The translations under genes and the position numbers were made by a program. A stretch of DNA of 64,000 bases, taken from contig OZ024744.1 in assembly GCA_964016885.1 (NCBI GenBank), forward strand, positions 34,348,001 to 34,412,000, in the 5' to 3' direction. This document shows, in pieces, positions 39,184 through 50,561 of the stretch. Source of the DNA: Eledone cirrhosa. Taxonomy: Eukaryota. Under the pieces are notes generated by a model. That model searched no databases, was not told the origin of the DNA, and was given only the letters and a program-made list of their open reading frames with translations. Each line of letters begins with the position of its first letter. The stretch's first letter is position 1.

Positions 39184-40079
39184 CGAGGTGAGTCAGAAAA
39201 GTTCCAGGACTGATGTCACAAAAGATTTATTTCAAGCCCCAACTTCACACTAAGAGTTTTCTCCTTCAAAGTAATCCCTCTGGAGTCTAATGCACTTTTC
39301 CATCCTTTTCTGCCACACTTGCATGCACTCCTGGAAGGATTCTTCCGACATCCTCCGCAGTTCCGTCGTCACGGCCTTTTTGATGTCGTCCACGTCTTCA
39401 AAACGGGTCCCCTCCGCGTCGTACTCGAAGATCCATGACGCATCACCGGTGATGACTGTCCCTAGCAAGTCTGGTTTGGTTTCAAGACGCTCGAGGATGT
39501 CCTGGCACACTTGCATGCGTCAACCCTTCTGGTCATCGTTCAGCAGTTTTGGCACCATCTTCGCACAGACTTTCCGCATGTCCAAATTTTCAGTGAGAAT
39601 CTTCTAGACGCTGTCCTGATTCATGCCCATCTCATTTGCTATCAGTCGAACTGTCAGCCGACGATCGCTACGCATCATCTGCCTGACGCGCTCAACGTTG
39701 ACCTCAGTCCTGGTTGTTGAGGGCCTTCCACTGCTGGGGTCATCTTCCAGGTCCTCGCGTCCTTCTTTAAACCTCTTGCACCACTCAAAAACACGTGAGC
39801 GTGACGTTGTCTCATCTCCATACACTTGCTGCAGCAATCCCAGTGCTTCTGGCGGAGTTTTCAAGTTTGTTCGTTGCTCTGTGTTCATTGCTTGACGACC
39901 TGAAACATAGGACATGTACATAAAATTATGAAGAAAAAAGTTTGGTCGCTGCAGAGAGCTAAGATTACAGTTACATACTCCAGGGGGATTACTTTGAAGG
40001 AGAAAACTCTTAGTGTGAAGTTTGGGTTTAAAATAAATCTTTTGTGACATCAGCCCTGGAACTTTACTGACGCACCTCG
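39184..40079 (-). mobile_element. Internally deleted mariner transposon with ~105-bp TIRs and TA target duplication
   Basis: TA|CGAGGTG...CACCTCG|TA. HTH (VFEWCKRFKEGREDLEDDPSSGRPST), ITGDASWIFEYD and C-terminal DYFEG motifs are present. The middle of the catalytic domain is deleted. Confidence 0.92.
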
Positions 40080-40344
40080 TATATCCCTCCCTCTCCCCTG
40101 AGTATGTTTACAGTTCAACCAACCACCTAATCGTTCAACCATCTAACCAACCAACCACCCAACCAACCAAAACTCTTTATATTTGCTCAAAAATCAGCCT
40201 CTATGACTTTACTTTTTCAGGAGCCTCTGTGAATGGTAGGAGGAGGAAACGAAGTTATCCTTAAACAACCTGGAGATCTTTCTCGGTAGATTGCATCGGA
40301 ATGATCTTCGCTAAAGACACCCATGTTAGTTGTGTTAAAGCAAG

Positions 40345-40755
40345 TAAAGGATGAAGTCTTCAACTTAAAAGTTAAAAACAAAGTTAATCTCGGTGGAATT
40401 TAATTTTAAAACGTAAACAATCAGATCAGAATAAATGCCGCAAAGAATTTCGTCTTACGCTCTAACGATTTTGTGAAAGTGCTTGCTGCATTTATGTACT
40501 GTTTAAAAACAAATTTAATGAGGAAAACCTAAATTTTCAATTACATGACAATAATGATTTTTACTATAAGCTAAAGGCCAGCAATTTGGCGGAGTGATAA
40601 GTCGATTAAATCGACCCCAGTGCTTTATTTTATCGATCTTGTAAGGATGAAAAACAAAGCTAACCTCGGCGGGATTTGAACTCAGAACGTAACGGGCCGT
40701 AACTCTATACTACAAAGCATGATGCCTGATGCTCTACCGATATTGTTAATCCAAT
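40345..40755 (-). mobile_element. Two degenerate SINE copies
   Basis: aaggatgaa..aaagttaacctcggcgggatttgaactcagaacg motifs. Confidence 0.75.
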
Positions 40756-41200
40756 TACATGAAAACAATCAAGAATTTAATATTTAGTTAAACACACAGT
40801 ATACTGCCAGTTTGGGATTCAACAAGTTACTTTTTTTATAAAAAAAACTACATGAACAAAATATTAATCGTTGAGCATATGATCTGATGAAGACCGACAT
40901 TATTAACGATCCATCTTTCTGTATTGACATTGCTGGGTAGAAGCAATCTGTCAACTCCAAGCATACTAAACATCTTCTGTCAAGTCTCTACATAAAGTCA
41001 TATCACCCAAATCTCAACCCTAATCACAAGCAAATATATTTCCTAATAATAATCAGAACATTGTTTATTTTCTGTTTAGTTACTTTCTATTTATTGTTTA
41101 TCCTACTTATAGCTCAAATAACAACTCATTTGTTTTAATGAGTTCTTTACATTTATGGTTGCGTAATTATCATTTCTATATTTTGCTAGAGAGAGAGGAG

Positions 41201-41283
<83 letters not shown>

Positions 41284-41502
41284 AGAGAGAGTGATGGAGC
41301 AGAGAAAAATAAAAATAAGAAAGAATGAAAGAAAGAAAAAAGAAAGAGGAGAAGAAGAAATGCCGTCAAAGATGAAAGCATGCAGGCAATAAATTAAAAA
41401 TCAAATCACTATTGCGACAAATCATAGGATATAAAATGAAATGTCAGCAATCAAATTATATAATATATAGCTAATTTTTCATAAATAACGATTTCTTTTC
41501 GA

Positions 41503-42200
41503 TGCAGCAAATTGGCAATTGTTAGAACGTAAGCTAGAATGATTCATGGTATTCGTTTCAGCTCTCTGCGCTCTGGGTTCAAGTCCTGTCGCGATCAACT
41601 TTGCCTTTCAGCCTTTCTAGGTCGATACATAAAATGTCAGTCTAGTCAAAAGGTCGGTCTATCTTCTTTTCTACTGTCACTGTTCTTTCTCTGGAAGAAA
41701 TCGGCTGTGTTCAAACCTGAATTGGGGTGGGGTTTGCCAGTTTAAAATGTCCTTGGCTTCCTATGCATTACGGAGGTACTCCCACAATTCCACCAAAACT
41801 TCAGGCCTATGGCTGTATGGATGATTTCTTTTAATAAGAAACAATGGATATATATTCATATAATAACTATAAGAACTCGCATCCAGGCTTATTTAGCCTC
41901 GATTTGAAATTAAGACCTTTTGCGGCAGTTTGGTAGATGAATCAATACATGTGGATTCACCCACTTCTCTCCTCTCTCTCGTTTTTGTATGTATCTAAGT
42001 AAAAACCAATTCATACAATGTTGACGACCTGGCAATAATTTCCAGCTGCTTCACTGATATAGAAATCAGTGAATTGGCAGAGTCGCTACAATGTCGGATA
42101 GAGTCTTTTGAACTTTTGAGTTCAAACCACGCCGTGATCAACTTTTCTTTTCAGCCTTCAAGGTCGATAAAGCACCAGTTCAGTACTGGGGTCGATTCTT
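41503..42200 (+). mobile_element. Degenerate SINE copies (about 41503-41650 and 42072-42200)
   Basis: A-box and B-box (gggttcaagtcc, gagttcaaacc) followed by a ctttgcctttcagcct..ggtcgata core. Confidence 0.65.
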
Positions 42201-42361
42201 CCACTATGTCCCCCTCTCTCTCTCTCTCTTTCTCTCTACCTCTCACTCACTCAATCTCTCTCCCCCAACTCTCTTTCTGCATTTGTCTCGAAGAAATTGC
42301 CTATGTTCAGACCCTGAGGGAGAGGTTCTGTCAGGTTTAAATATCCAAGACTCGCCGCATA

Positions 42362-42900
42362 TCACGAAGGTGGGCTGAAAAGTTCTTAGTCTAACTATGA
42401 AGGAGTGATGCTAGAGCTGTAAAAGCTTGCATGCATTAATTTTAACTCTTATTAATATAATAACTACGTTGTTTCTCTTCGGGTAAAGCGACATTTGACT
42501 GTTCAAAGAAGACTTTAAAAATAACTAGTATTGATTTCTCTTGAAAATGGACAAAATTTGACATCGTGGTGTTATCAAGTACCTGCAGAAAAAGGTTTAG
42601 CCCCCAAGGACATTCGTGCTGATATGATTGCTACATTAAGGGATGACGTTCCAGCTTTATCAAAAGTGCAAAAGTGGGAAGGTGAACTTAGGAAGGGAAG
42701 GAAAAGTCTTGAATATGACCCATATCTTGCTGGATCTCCTGCAACTGCCACCGCCAAGGAAAACATTGATCGTGTTCACCACATGATGATGGAATACAGG
42801 CAATTGGCTATAAATCAAATAGTCAATGTCATTAGCATATTTTGTGAGAGAGTTGAGGATACTCTACACAATGATCTTGGCATGACGAAGATTTCTGCTC
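42362..42900 (+). mobile_element. Mariner 5' fragment (left TIR and HTH region)
   Basis: cgaaggtgggctgaaaagttc TIR. The ORF has KGLAPKDIRADM..VQKW..LRKGRKSLEYDP and LHNDLGMTKISA. Confidence 0.8.
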
Positions 42901-43769
42901 CACCAGGAATTAAAACCAAATGGCAGAATAGATATTGTACTACAGAATATATCTACAGAGTTTTAGTTAATCTAACACATATACAAATGTAAACAACATG
43001 TCTCTATATATAATATCTTACTTGACAGAAAATGGAAGGTAAATATTGCATAGAAATACAAAGCGTTTACATGTTTTTAAAAGTCTATAGATATATTTTT
43101 TTCAGTATAGCACTGAAACAAATAATTGTTAATGTTGTACCAGTTATTTTTTAATCAAACTCGCTGCCAAGAATGTTTTATATTTATAAAGTGTTCTATC
43201 CGATTTACTTATACCCTTAGTAATAGAGTGTTTATAAACAGTATTTTGTGGACAGTAAATTTGTCGATAAGTCGTAGATGACATCCCAATGGAGTATCGA
43301 GACTAGTCCGGCTGATCCGTCTTTTTCTGTCCACGAATATATTATATATAAAGTCAATGTGCTAACGTTTCTCCGTGCACTGTGCTCACTAAAACTATTT
43401 AGTTGTATTCTGATGTACAGTATAGTAAAAACAAAAAAATACAACAAACGGTTAACACACCAGGAAGTCACAAAATTCCAGATTTGACCCCACTGCGTGA
43501 CATTTTGGGCTTGTGTGTTTTCCTATTGTGTCGAGTCGGGTGTTGCTTCGTAAGGATTCTATCCAACGGCTTTTATTATATAATTAACAATTCCTGAGAA
43601 GGCGAAATGAACATTGCGATGTTTGAGTCGTCAAACTTAGATGGGTTCGTAGAAGCGAAATTACTTCTGGGAATGGAGACTAGACTGTAAACTCGGTTAC
43701 TACTCCTTGCCTTACAATGGTCAACACACACACACACATACCCCCCCCCATATATATATATATATATAT

Positions 43770-45270
43770 ATTTATTAAAATAACATATTAAAGTTGAAGC
43801 AAAGAATCTCTGCTTTCACCCTTAACGGGATCTTCTGAAACTAAAAAAATCAATCTGGGAACGCAGAAGTAAATATTTCAAAAAATGTTGCAGCCGAAGG
43901 AAAACAGGAAGACGATACTTTGGTTCGTGGAGACGTTCCCTGGCAATGAACGGAAAAAAGGAAGATAATACGTCATTATGTGGAGCGATGAGTACAATTA
44001 CACGCAAAGACAAAACCACGTTTATGGTATAAATTCTATTTAGGAAACCGAATGATTCTCGGCTTCAGAGTTAAGAATAATGTAAATAAATTAGTAGAAC
44101 GAAAATGACAGAGGTTTTTGAAATCAACAATAATTAAATATATACATACACGCATCCATATACGTACATACCTATGCATACGAGAAAACACCCGCCATGG
44201 TATGCATATACAAGCACGTACACATAAACACGCGCACACAAAAAAAAACCGCGCGACACCTGTACCCGCGCACATACGAACGTATACACCAAATAAACAT
44301 TAAAAAATATATATATATATGTATATATATGAAAAAAAAAAATATATGTATGTATGTGTGTGTGCGTGTATACATATAATTATATAAACGTATATATATA
44401 TACACACATAAATACGTATATAACGCACGCGCACACATGCCCACAGGTAAATACACATGTTCACAAACATACGTCAACCAAAACACAAAGTACACATATA
44501 CACACCTTACATACGTGCAAACTCGCACACAACCAAACACAAAATACACATATACACATGTACCAGTATATATAATATAATATATACACCTATAACAAAT
44601 ACAATCAAATATACGTACGAGAAAGTATACGTATCTTCACAAAATATACGGGTAATGTATACTTACCTATACAAATAAGTAATGGTATAAACATAAAATA
44701 TACTTAGCTACCACATGAAGACGTAAATTATCCGCGTATTGTTCGTACTATCCGTTAGAGTATAATGTGGGGCTGTAATACAGGAAACTTTTATGCAATT
44801 TATGTTTACAAACCGAAATTGCCTCAGATTTTTTTGTTTAAGATGTGGTCTTTGGCGTAGATTATTTCCAGGGCACAAGCGGCGCAAAGATCGCATGGTC
44901 TTTTATTTCCGTTATACGATCTAGCCTTTAGCTAGGATCTCCCAGTGTAACCTATATTGGGTGTGGTTGTCTTTTAGACTCCAGATATAAGCAGAAAGTG
45001 ATGTCATATTCCTTCTTAAAGGGTTAAGAAAAGATTGGGTGTGCATGCAAAGACGCTGCTTGAATCTATTGGAGGTTAAACCTATGTAGGCCCTACGGGA
45101 CGTGGGTGTTTCGACCTTACATTTGTAGACAATGTTACTGGAGAGGCATTTCCCGGATAGGGAGCAGTCAACCCGATTCCTACAATTACAGTTATATTTT
45201 GCTGGATCTGTACACATCCCAATGTTCGTATTTATCTTTTGATGCATAAATCTGATGTTCATAACATTGT
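43770..45270 (-). mobile_element. Penelope-like element 3' part (GIY-YIG, long 3' UTR, hammerhead at 43793-43841)
   Basis: CNCRNRVDCSLSGKCLSSNIVYKCKV..YIGLTSNRFKQR..TSLSAYIWSLK. It ends in a TA repeat. Confidence 0.85.
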
Positions 45271-45911
45271 TTCAGTATGTTAAATGCCGTTGGATTCGCA
45301 GTATCGTTAGAGCGTCGGACAACATGATTCTCGGCATCGAGTTACGACCCTTTTTCTTCTGAATTCAAATACCATCGTGGTTAGTTTTGCCTTTCATTCT
45401 TAAAGCTCCCGTAATGCACTGGGATCGATTTAATTGTCTTTCCTCTCCTAAGAAATACCCATTAACTTTTAAAACCTAAAATTTGATTCTTTACCCTGAA
45501 ATAACATAAATTAAATATTTTGAAAATTAACCGCCAACTTTATATGAATCTGTGTATGTAGAAACTTGAGCATAAATTACTCCCCTTTGTCTCTCTCTCT
45601 CTCTTTAATCATCTTTCATCTGTCTTCTCAAGCTAAATACTAAACAAGTTATAACATCAGCTACTTCTTCATCTATGCTTTCCTCTCCCACATATTTCTC
45701 TAGTAGTTTTTTAAATATTACAAATTCTATAACTGTTATATTGATGCCATGTATTTCTTAACATATATTACTCACACTCTCTCTATTGATTGTATTACGT
45801 TTTCTCATGTTCTCAATATTAGGGTATAAATATTGAGTTTTCTCATAAGTTAATAACTACCTTGATTAATTCTTAACCATCTACCATGTCAGGGTATGTC
45901 ATGTATCATTT

Positions 45912-45978
45912 TATTTTATCTGATGAGGACGTACTACTGAACTTAATTCAGTACCTCTGAAATATGTATAATAAAATA
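45912..45978 (+). ncRNA. Hammerhead motif
   Basis: TATTTTAT-CTGATGA-GG..TACTGAA(ctta)ATTCAGTA CCTCT-GAAA-TATGTA-TA-ATAAAATA, with an 8-bp stem I. Confidence 0.65.
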
Positions 45979-46018
45979 TAATTGATCACAAGAATATCTA
46001 TTTTGTTAATATTTGGAA

Positions 46019-46049
<31 letters not shown>

Positions 46050-46551
46050 CTAACCATAATTTTCAGTATTACCACCCCACATAAATTCCTCAATTTGTAT
46101 GTGTGGATGTGTGTGTGGGTCTGTGGGGATGGGTGTGAGTGTATGTGCAAGTCAACCAACATAAGTCTTTTTATATGTAAATGTTCTAGTATTCTACTCT
46201 AACCCTAATTTTCAGTAGTACCACCCCACATAAATTCATCAATTTAAGAATGACCTGTAATATCGAATTTCATACTATAAACCTCAATTGAATATATATC
46301 TGACCAGGAATGCTTTTTGTGAAAATCAGTCATATGAAACTATTGCCATCTTGCCTGATGGTTTGAACTTTACACACCACCTGCCTCTTTGAGGTCAAAT
46401 ACCAACCCTACTAGCATCTACAAACTAACCAATGAGAATTAAGATTATTCCTGCTGACAACATTAAATTATTCCTAACAAGCTCACATGCCCCAAGGCTC
46501 TGATACCATCAACACTATAAACACAGAGCTGGCATATCTAAGAACTGACTA

Positions 46552-46617
46552 ACTGCCTGATGAGGTCATAGCCATTCAATGGCTATCATCGAAATATATA
46601 TAGCAGTAAATAAAGGA
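46552..46617 (+). ncRNA. Hammerhead motif
   Basis: ACTGC-CTGATGA-GGTC-ATAGCCAT(tca)ATGGCTAT-CATC-GAAA-TATATA-TA-GCAGT, with a palindromic stem III. Confidence 0.72.
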
Positions 46618-46738
46618 TTATGAGTTCATGCAATTGACTTATGTTTCGTCACTTATATATATACCGACGAAAACATTGTTTCCTCGGTCCGATTTGACGA
46701 AAGTCGATCGATCCTTTATAGTCTACTTGATCGTACAA

Positions 46739-46774
<36 letters not shown>

Positions 46775-47008
46775 GTGTGTGTGTGCTTATGTGTATATAG
46801 CACGGACACTCTATCTCAAAATTATACAGCACGGACACTCTATCTCAAAATTATTTTTGAAAAGCATTTAGAAATGCGCAACCGGTAAAAACTTAAAAAC
46901 TTAAAACCACAACTGAATACTAACCCATACAATCACTAATACTCTTTTATTCCTAATTAAACCATTTTTCAACTGTGAACAATTTGTCAGCATTTTCTAT
47001 TCCGTTTA

Positions 47009-47064
<56 letters not shown>

Positions 47065-47077
47065 CTGTGTGTGTGTG

Positions 47078-47111
<34 letters not shown>

Positions 47112-47115
<4 letters not shown>

Positions 47116-50100
47116 TGGAAAAGAACAAAGGAACTATTATGACATTATAACAAGTTTATTGCCGACAGCCGTTTCGTCCGACCCCATGGTGGGACTTATC
47201 AAGGCATATAACATGTGATTGCAAGATCATTGTTTACATCAACGTATCACTCAAGGCTAGCAGTTTGAAATTGTTGTATACATCAGCAACTCCGCTTTAA
47301 GGGGGGCTCTTTTATATTAGTTGTCGGGGTCAGGGATTGAAGTTTAAAAATTAGACAAAAATATATAATTCACGCATCAACATTAAACCAAGAGACTTGG
47401 GGTCCCGTAGAAGCACCTCAGAAAATCCCTCAATGAGTGCATAAAGCTTACAGGCTCCAATACACCTATTAGTCTAGAAGAAAATTAAGAGGCTAATAAA
47501 ATAATAAAATAAAAATATAAAGTTTCCCTAAAAAATATATAGAGTTCCTATGAAATTTCTTCTAAAGAAAAAAATTTTTTCCGAAAGAAAAAAACCTTCT
47601 TCCCCCGAGATCACGTTTACAAAATTCAGAAAACTGAATTGAAAACTAGGTTGAAAGAAACTAATCAATTAGAGGTTAATTCAGAGAGCCTTCCATAAAT
47701 CTCTCAGAAAAAGCCCCTTTACTATTTCCAATAGGGACTTCTTCCGAGAGACCCTTCGAAGAATTAAAATTTTAGAGAGCCTTTGAGGATAAATATAAAA
47801 ACGAATTGAGGAAAATTATACATTAAAAGTTAAAAATTAAAAATTACGGTATTTGGGATATCCGAGGAATTTTCAAAGGGCTGCTTCAACAGATACAACT
47901 TAGGCATAATAGGTACAATAATCTAAGCAATTTAAGCAATTTAATTAGGGAGCAATTCAAGGAGTTTATCAAGTTGGGCAAGATTAAAGAAAGTGGTAAC
48001 TAAAAAAATACATAAGCAAAAAGACAATAATCATAAAATGTATCTTTAAGAAGGTACAAGGTAGATTCCGTGATCTAACCCCGTATTATCACAAAAAAAC
48101 ATTCTAAAATTATTGATACAGGATTAAAAATTATTACAAAATCATTACAAAATTACCACAAAATCATTACAAAATTATCAAATCATCACAAAATTACCAC
48201 AAAATCATTACAAAACCATCAAATTATCATAAAATTATCGCAAAATTATTACAAAATTATCATAAAATTATTGCAAAAATATAACAGGATGAACATTACT
48301 GGTGACCGTGTGGGCGCGATATCCATTCTGCCTATGCAGTCCCCTGCACAGCTCCAGGCACGATATCCACTAGGCGTAAGCAGTCATCTGCATAGCTCCA
48401 GGCGCAGCTGGTCTTGTTTAAACGTTCATAGATCACCTGGGGTTCACTATTATCTGCGTGGACTCTCTGGGAGATGTACCTGTGGATCTAATAGCCAGTG
48501 GTTGCCGGATGTGTTCCTCACCAGAGTCCCCATCGCCAATCGGGGAGCCGAGGCATCCATGCGGCCGGGGTTACCACAGAGCACCCTGTACGCCAGCGGG
48601 GCCGCCACGTGCAGGACTGGGTGGTGTCATGGCTATGTGTCCGGTCTGAAGAAAAAGAAAGAGCTAAGTATGGTATGGGGGCAGGACGAGAAGATTTCTG
48701 ATCTCCTGGCCGCATGGATGCCTCGGCTCCCCGATTGGCGATGGGGACTCTGGTGAGGAACAGACGACCCTGTGTCCCAATTGCCAACCTGGGATTGGTG
48801 GCAACACTGTTGCTGGGCAACCTGGGGGCAGCTGATGCCTGCGATGCAGGACATCGTGAGGGCCTGGAACCACGTTGACTAATCTGAGAGGGTGCCGTCG
48901 GAGATGTATGTCAACAAACTCGAGAACTGCCTAGGGAAACAGTAACAAGACACCCAATATGGCGGCCGCTCCCTGCCTATAGCAACTCACCCCTACCCCC
49001 TCCCCTAGTAAACCCCCGCCCAAATAGATGCCCCCCCTCCCTTCTTTTGAGCTGGTTCTTTATTATCAGTGATTAGTTCTTTACTAATAGGAATTTTTTT
49101 TTTGTATTTCACCACGGTCGACATAATGGGCTTGGAGAGTTGACTCCCTTGAAGTCTGACCACTCGATAAGTTAGGGGTTGTGCCCCTTGATCAGGGGTG
49201 TGTATAGCTGGTCTACCCGCTGTCTGCTACTACCCGAGACTGGACACGGTCGTAGCCACAGGCCAGCGCGTGCACGATAGCATAGAATGTATATTTTCTG
49301 CTGGTCACCCCGTGTAATATGATACCCTAAGATTCCATGCTTGAGATTCACCGAAGCATGCGCAGTCTTAACCGGGAGATGACATGCCAACTTGAAAATA
49401 CCACAAGCGAGACCCTCTGGATAACGTAGACGCAGGACCATACCCGCAAATACATACCCTGATCTGTCTTGAATATACAGGGCTGACGGAATATGGATAA
49501 CACGACCACCATCTAAGCTGAGAACGACCCATACAGCAAACAAAGAGAGGACAGCCCTTCGCTTTTGACCAGTCGCGTGTGGACTTGGAGTTCGTAATAT
49601 ACCACCCCAGTCAAATCCACACTGGTTTTTTAACGATATAGCATGTGGACCAATACATCATGCGTGGCGAAACCTTGGACTTAGAACCAGCAGGCTCATC
49701 TATCGCGAAAGCGTTCAACCCCTGAAACTAAAGGATCGAACGGACCACATCCGGCAACCACTGGCTATTAGATCCACAGGTACATCTCCCAGAGAGTCCA
49801 CGCAGATAATAGTGAACCCCAGGTGATCTATGAACGTTTAAACAAGACCAGCTGCGCCTGGAGCTATGCAGATGACTGCATACGCATAATGGATATCGTG
49901 CCTGGAGCTGTGCGGGGGACTGCATAGGCAGAATGGATATCGCGCCCACACGGTCACCAGTAATGTTCATCCTGTTATATTTTTGCAATAATTTTATGAT
50001 AATTTTGTAATAATTTTGCGATAATTTTATGATAATTTGATGGTTTTGTAATGATTTTGTGGTAATTTTGTGATGATTTGATAATTTTGTAATGATTTTG

Positions 50101-50559
50101 TGGTAATTTTGTGATGATTTGATAATTTTGTAATGATTTTGTGGTAATTTTGTAATGATTTTGTAATAATTTTTAATCCTGTATCAATAATTTTAGAATG
50201 TTTTTTTGTGATAATACGGGGTTAGATCACGGAAGCTACCTTGTACCTTCTTAAAGATACATTTTATGATTATTGTCTTTTTGCTTATGTATTTTTTTAG
50301 TTACCACTTTCTTTAATCTTGCCCAACTTGATAAACTCCTTGAATTGCTCCCTAATTAAATTGCTTAAATTGCTAGATTATTGTACCTATTATGCCTAAG
50401 TTGTATCTGTTGAAGCAGCCCTTTGAAAATTCATCGGATATCCCAAATACCGTAATTTTTAATTTTTAACTTTTAATGTATAATTTTCCTCAATTCGTTT
50501 TTATATTTATCCTCAAAGGCTCTCTAAAATTTTAATTCTTCGAAGGGTCTCTCGGAAGA
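47112..50559. mobile_element. Large inverted-repeat element (arms 47740-48513 and 49746-50559; inner arms about 48512-48566 and 48709-48762) with a terminal HHR
   Basis: Reverse-complement arms include an ~11-bp minisatellite (48127-48280 and 49980-50172). No recognisable ORF. The right arm is cut by the 48-bp satellite. Confidence 0.8.
47160..47206 (-). ncRNA. Hammerhead motif, U3-A8 core variant
   Basis: Minus strand: TGCC-TTGATAA-GTCC(caccatggggtc)GGAC-GAAA-CGGCTG-TC-GGCA. Confidence 0.75.
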
Positions 50560-50561
50560 GA

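Noticed and set aside
40880-40920. Isolated CTGATGA (also 21365) and isolated GAAAC..GTC halves (8676, 38752)
   Set aside because: The complementary half of the core or stem I could not be found.
46660-46720. CCGACGA...GAAAG..CTT hammerhead-like motif
   Set aside because: The core is mutated and stems II and III pair poorly, so it is too degenerate to call.
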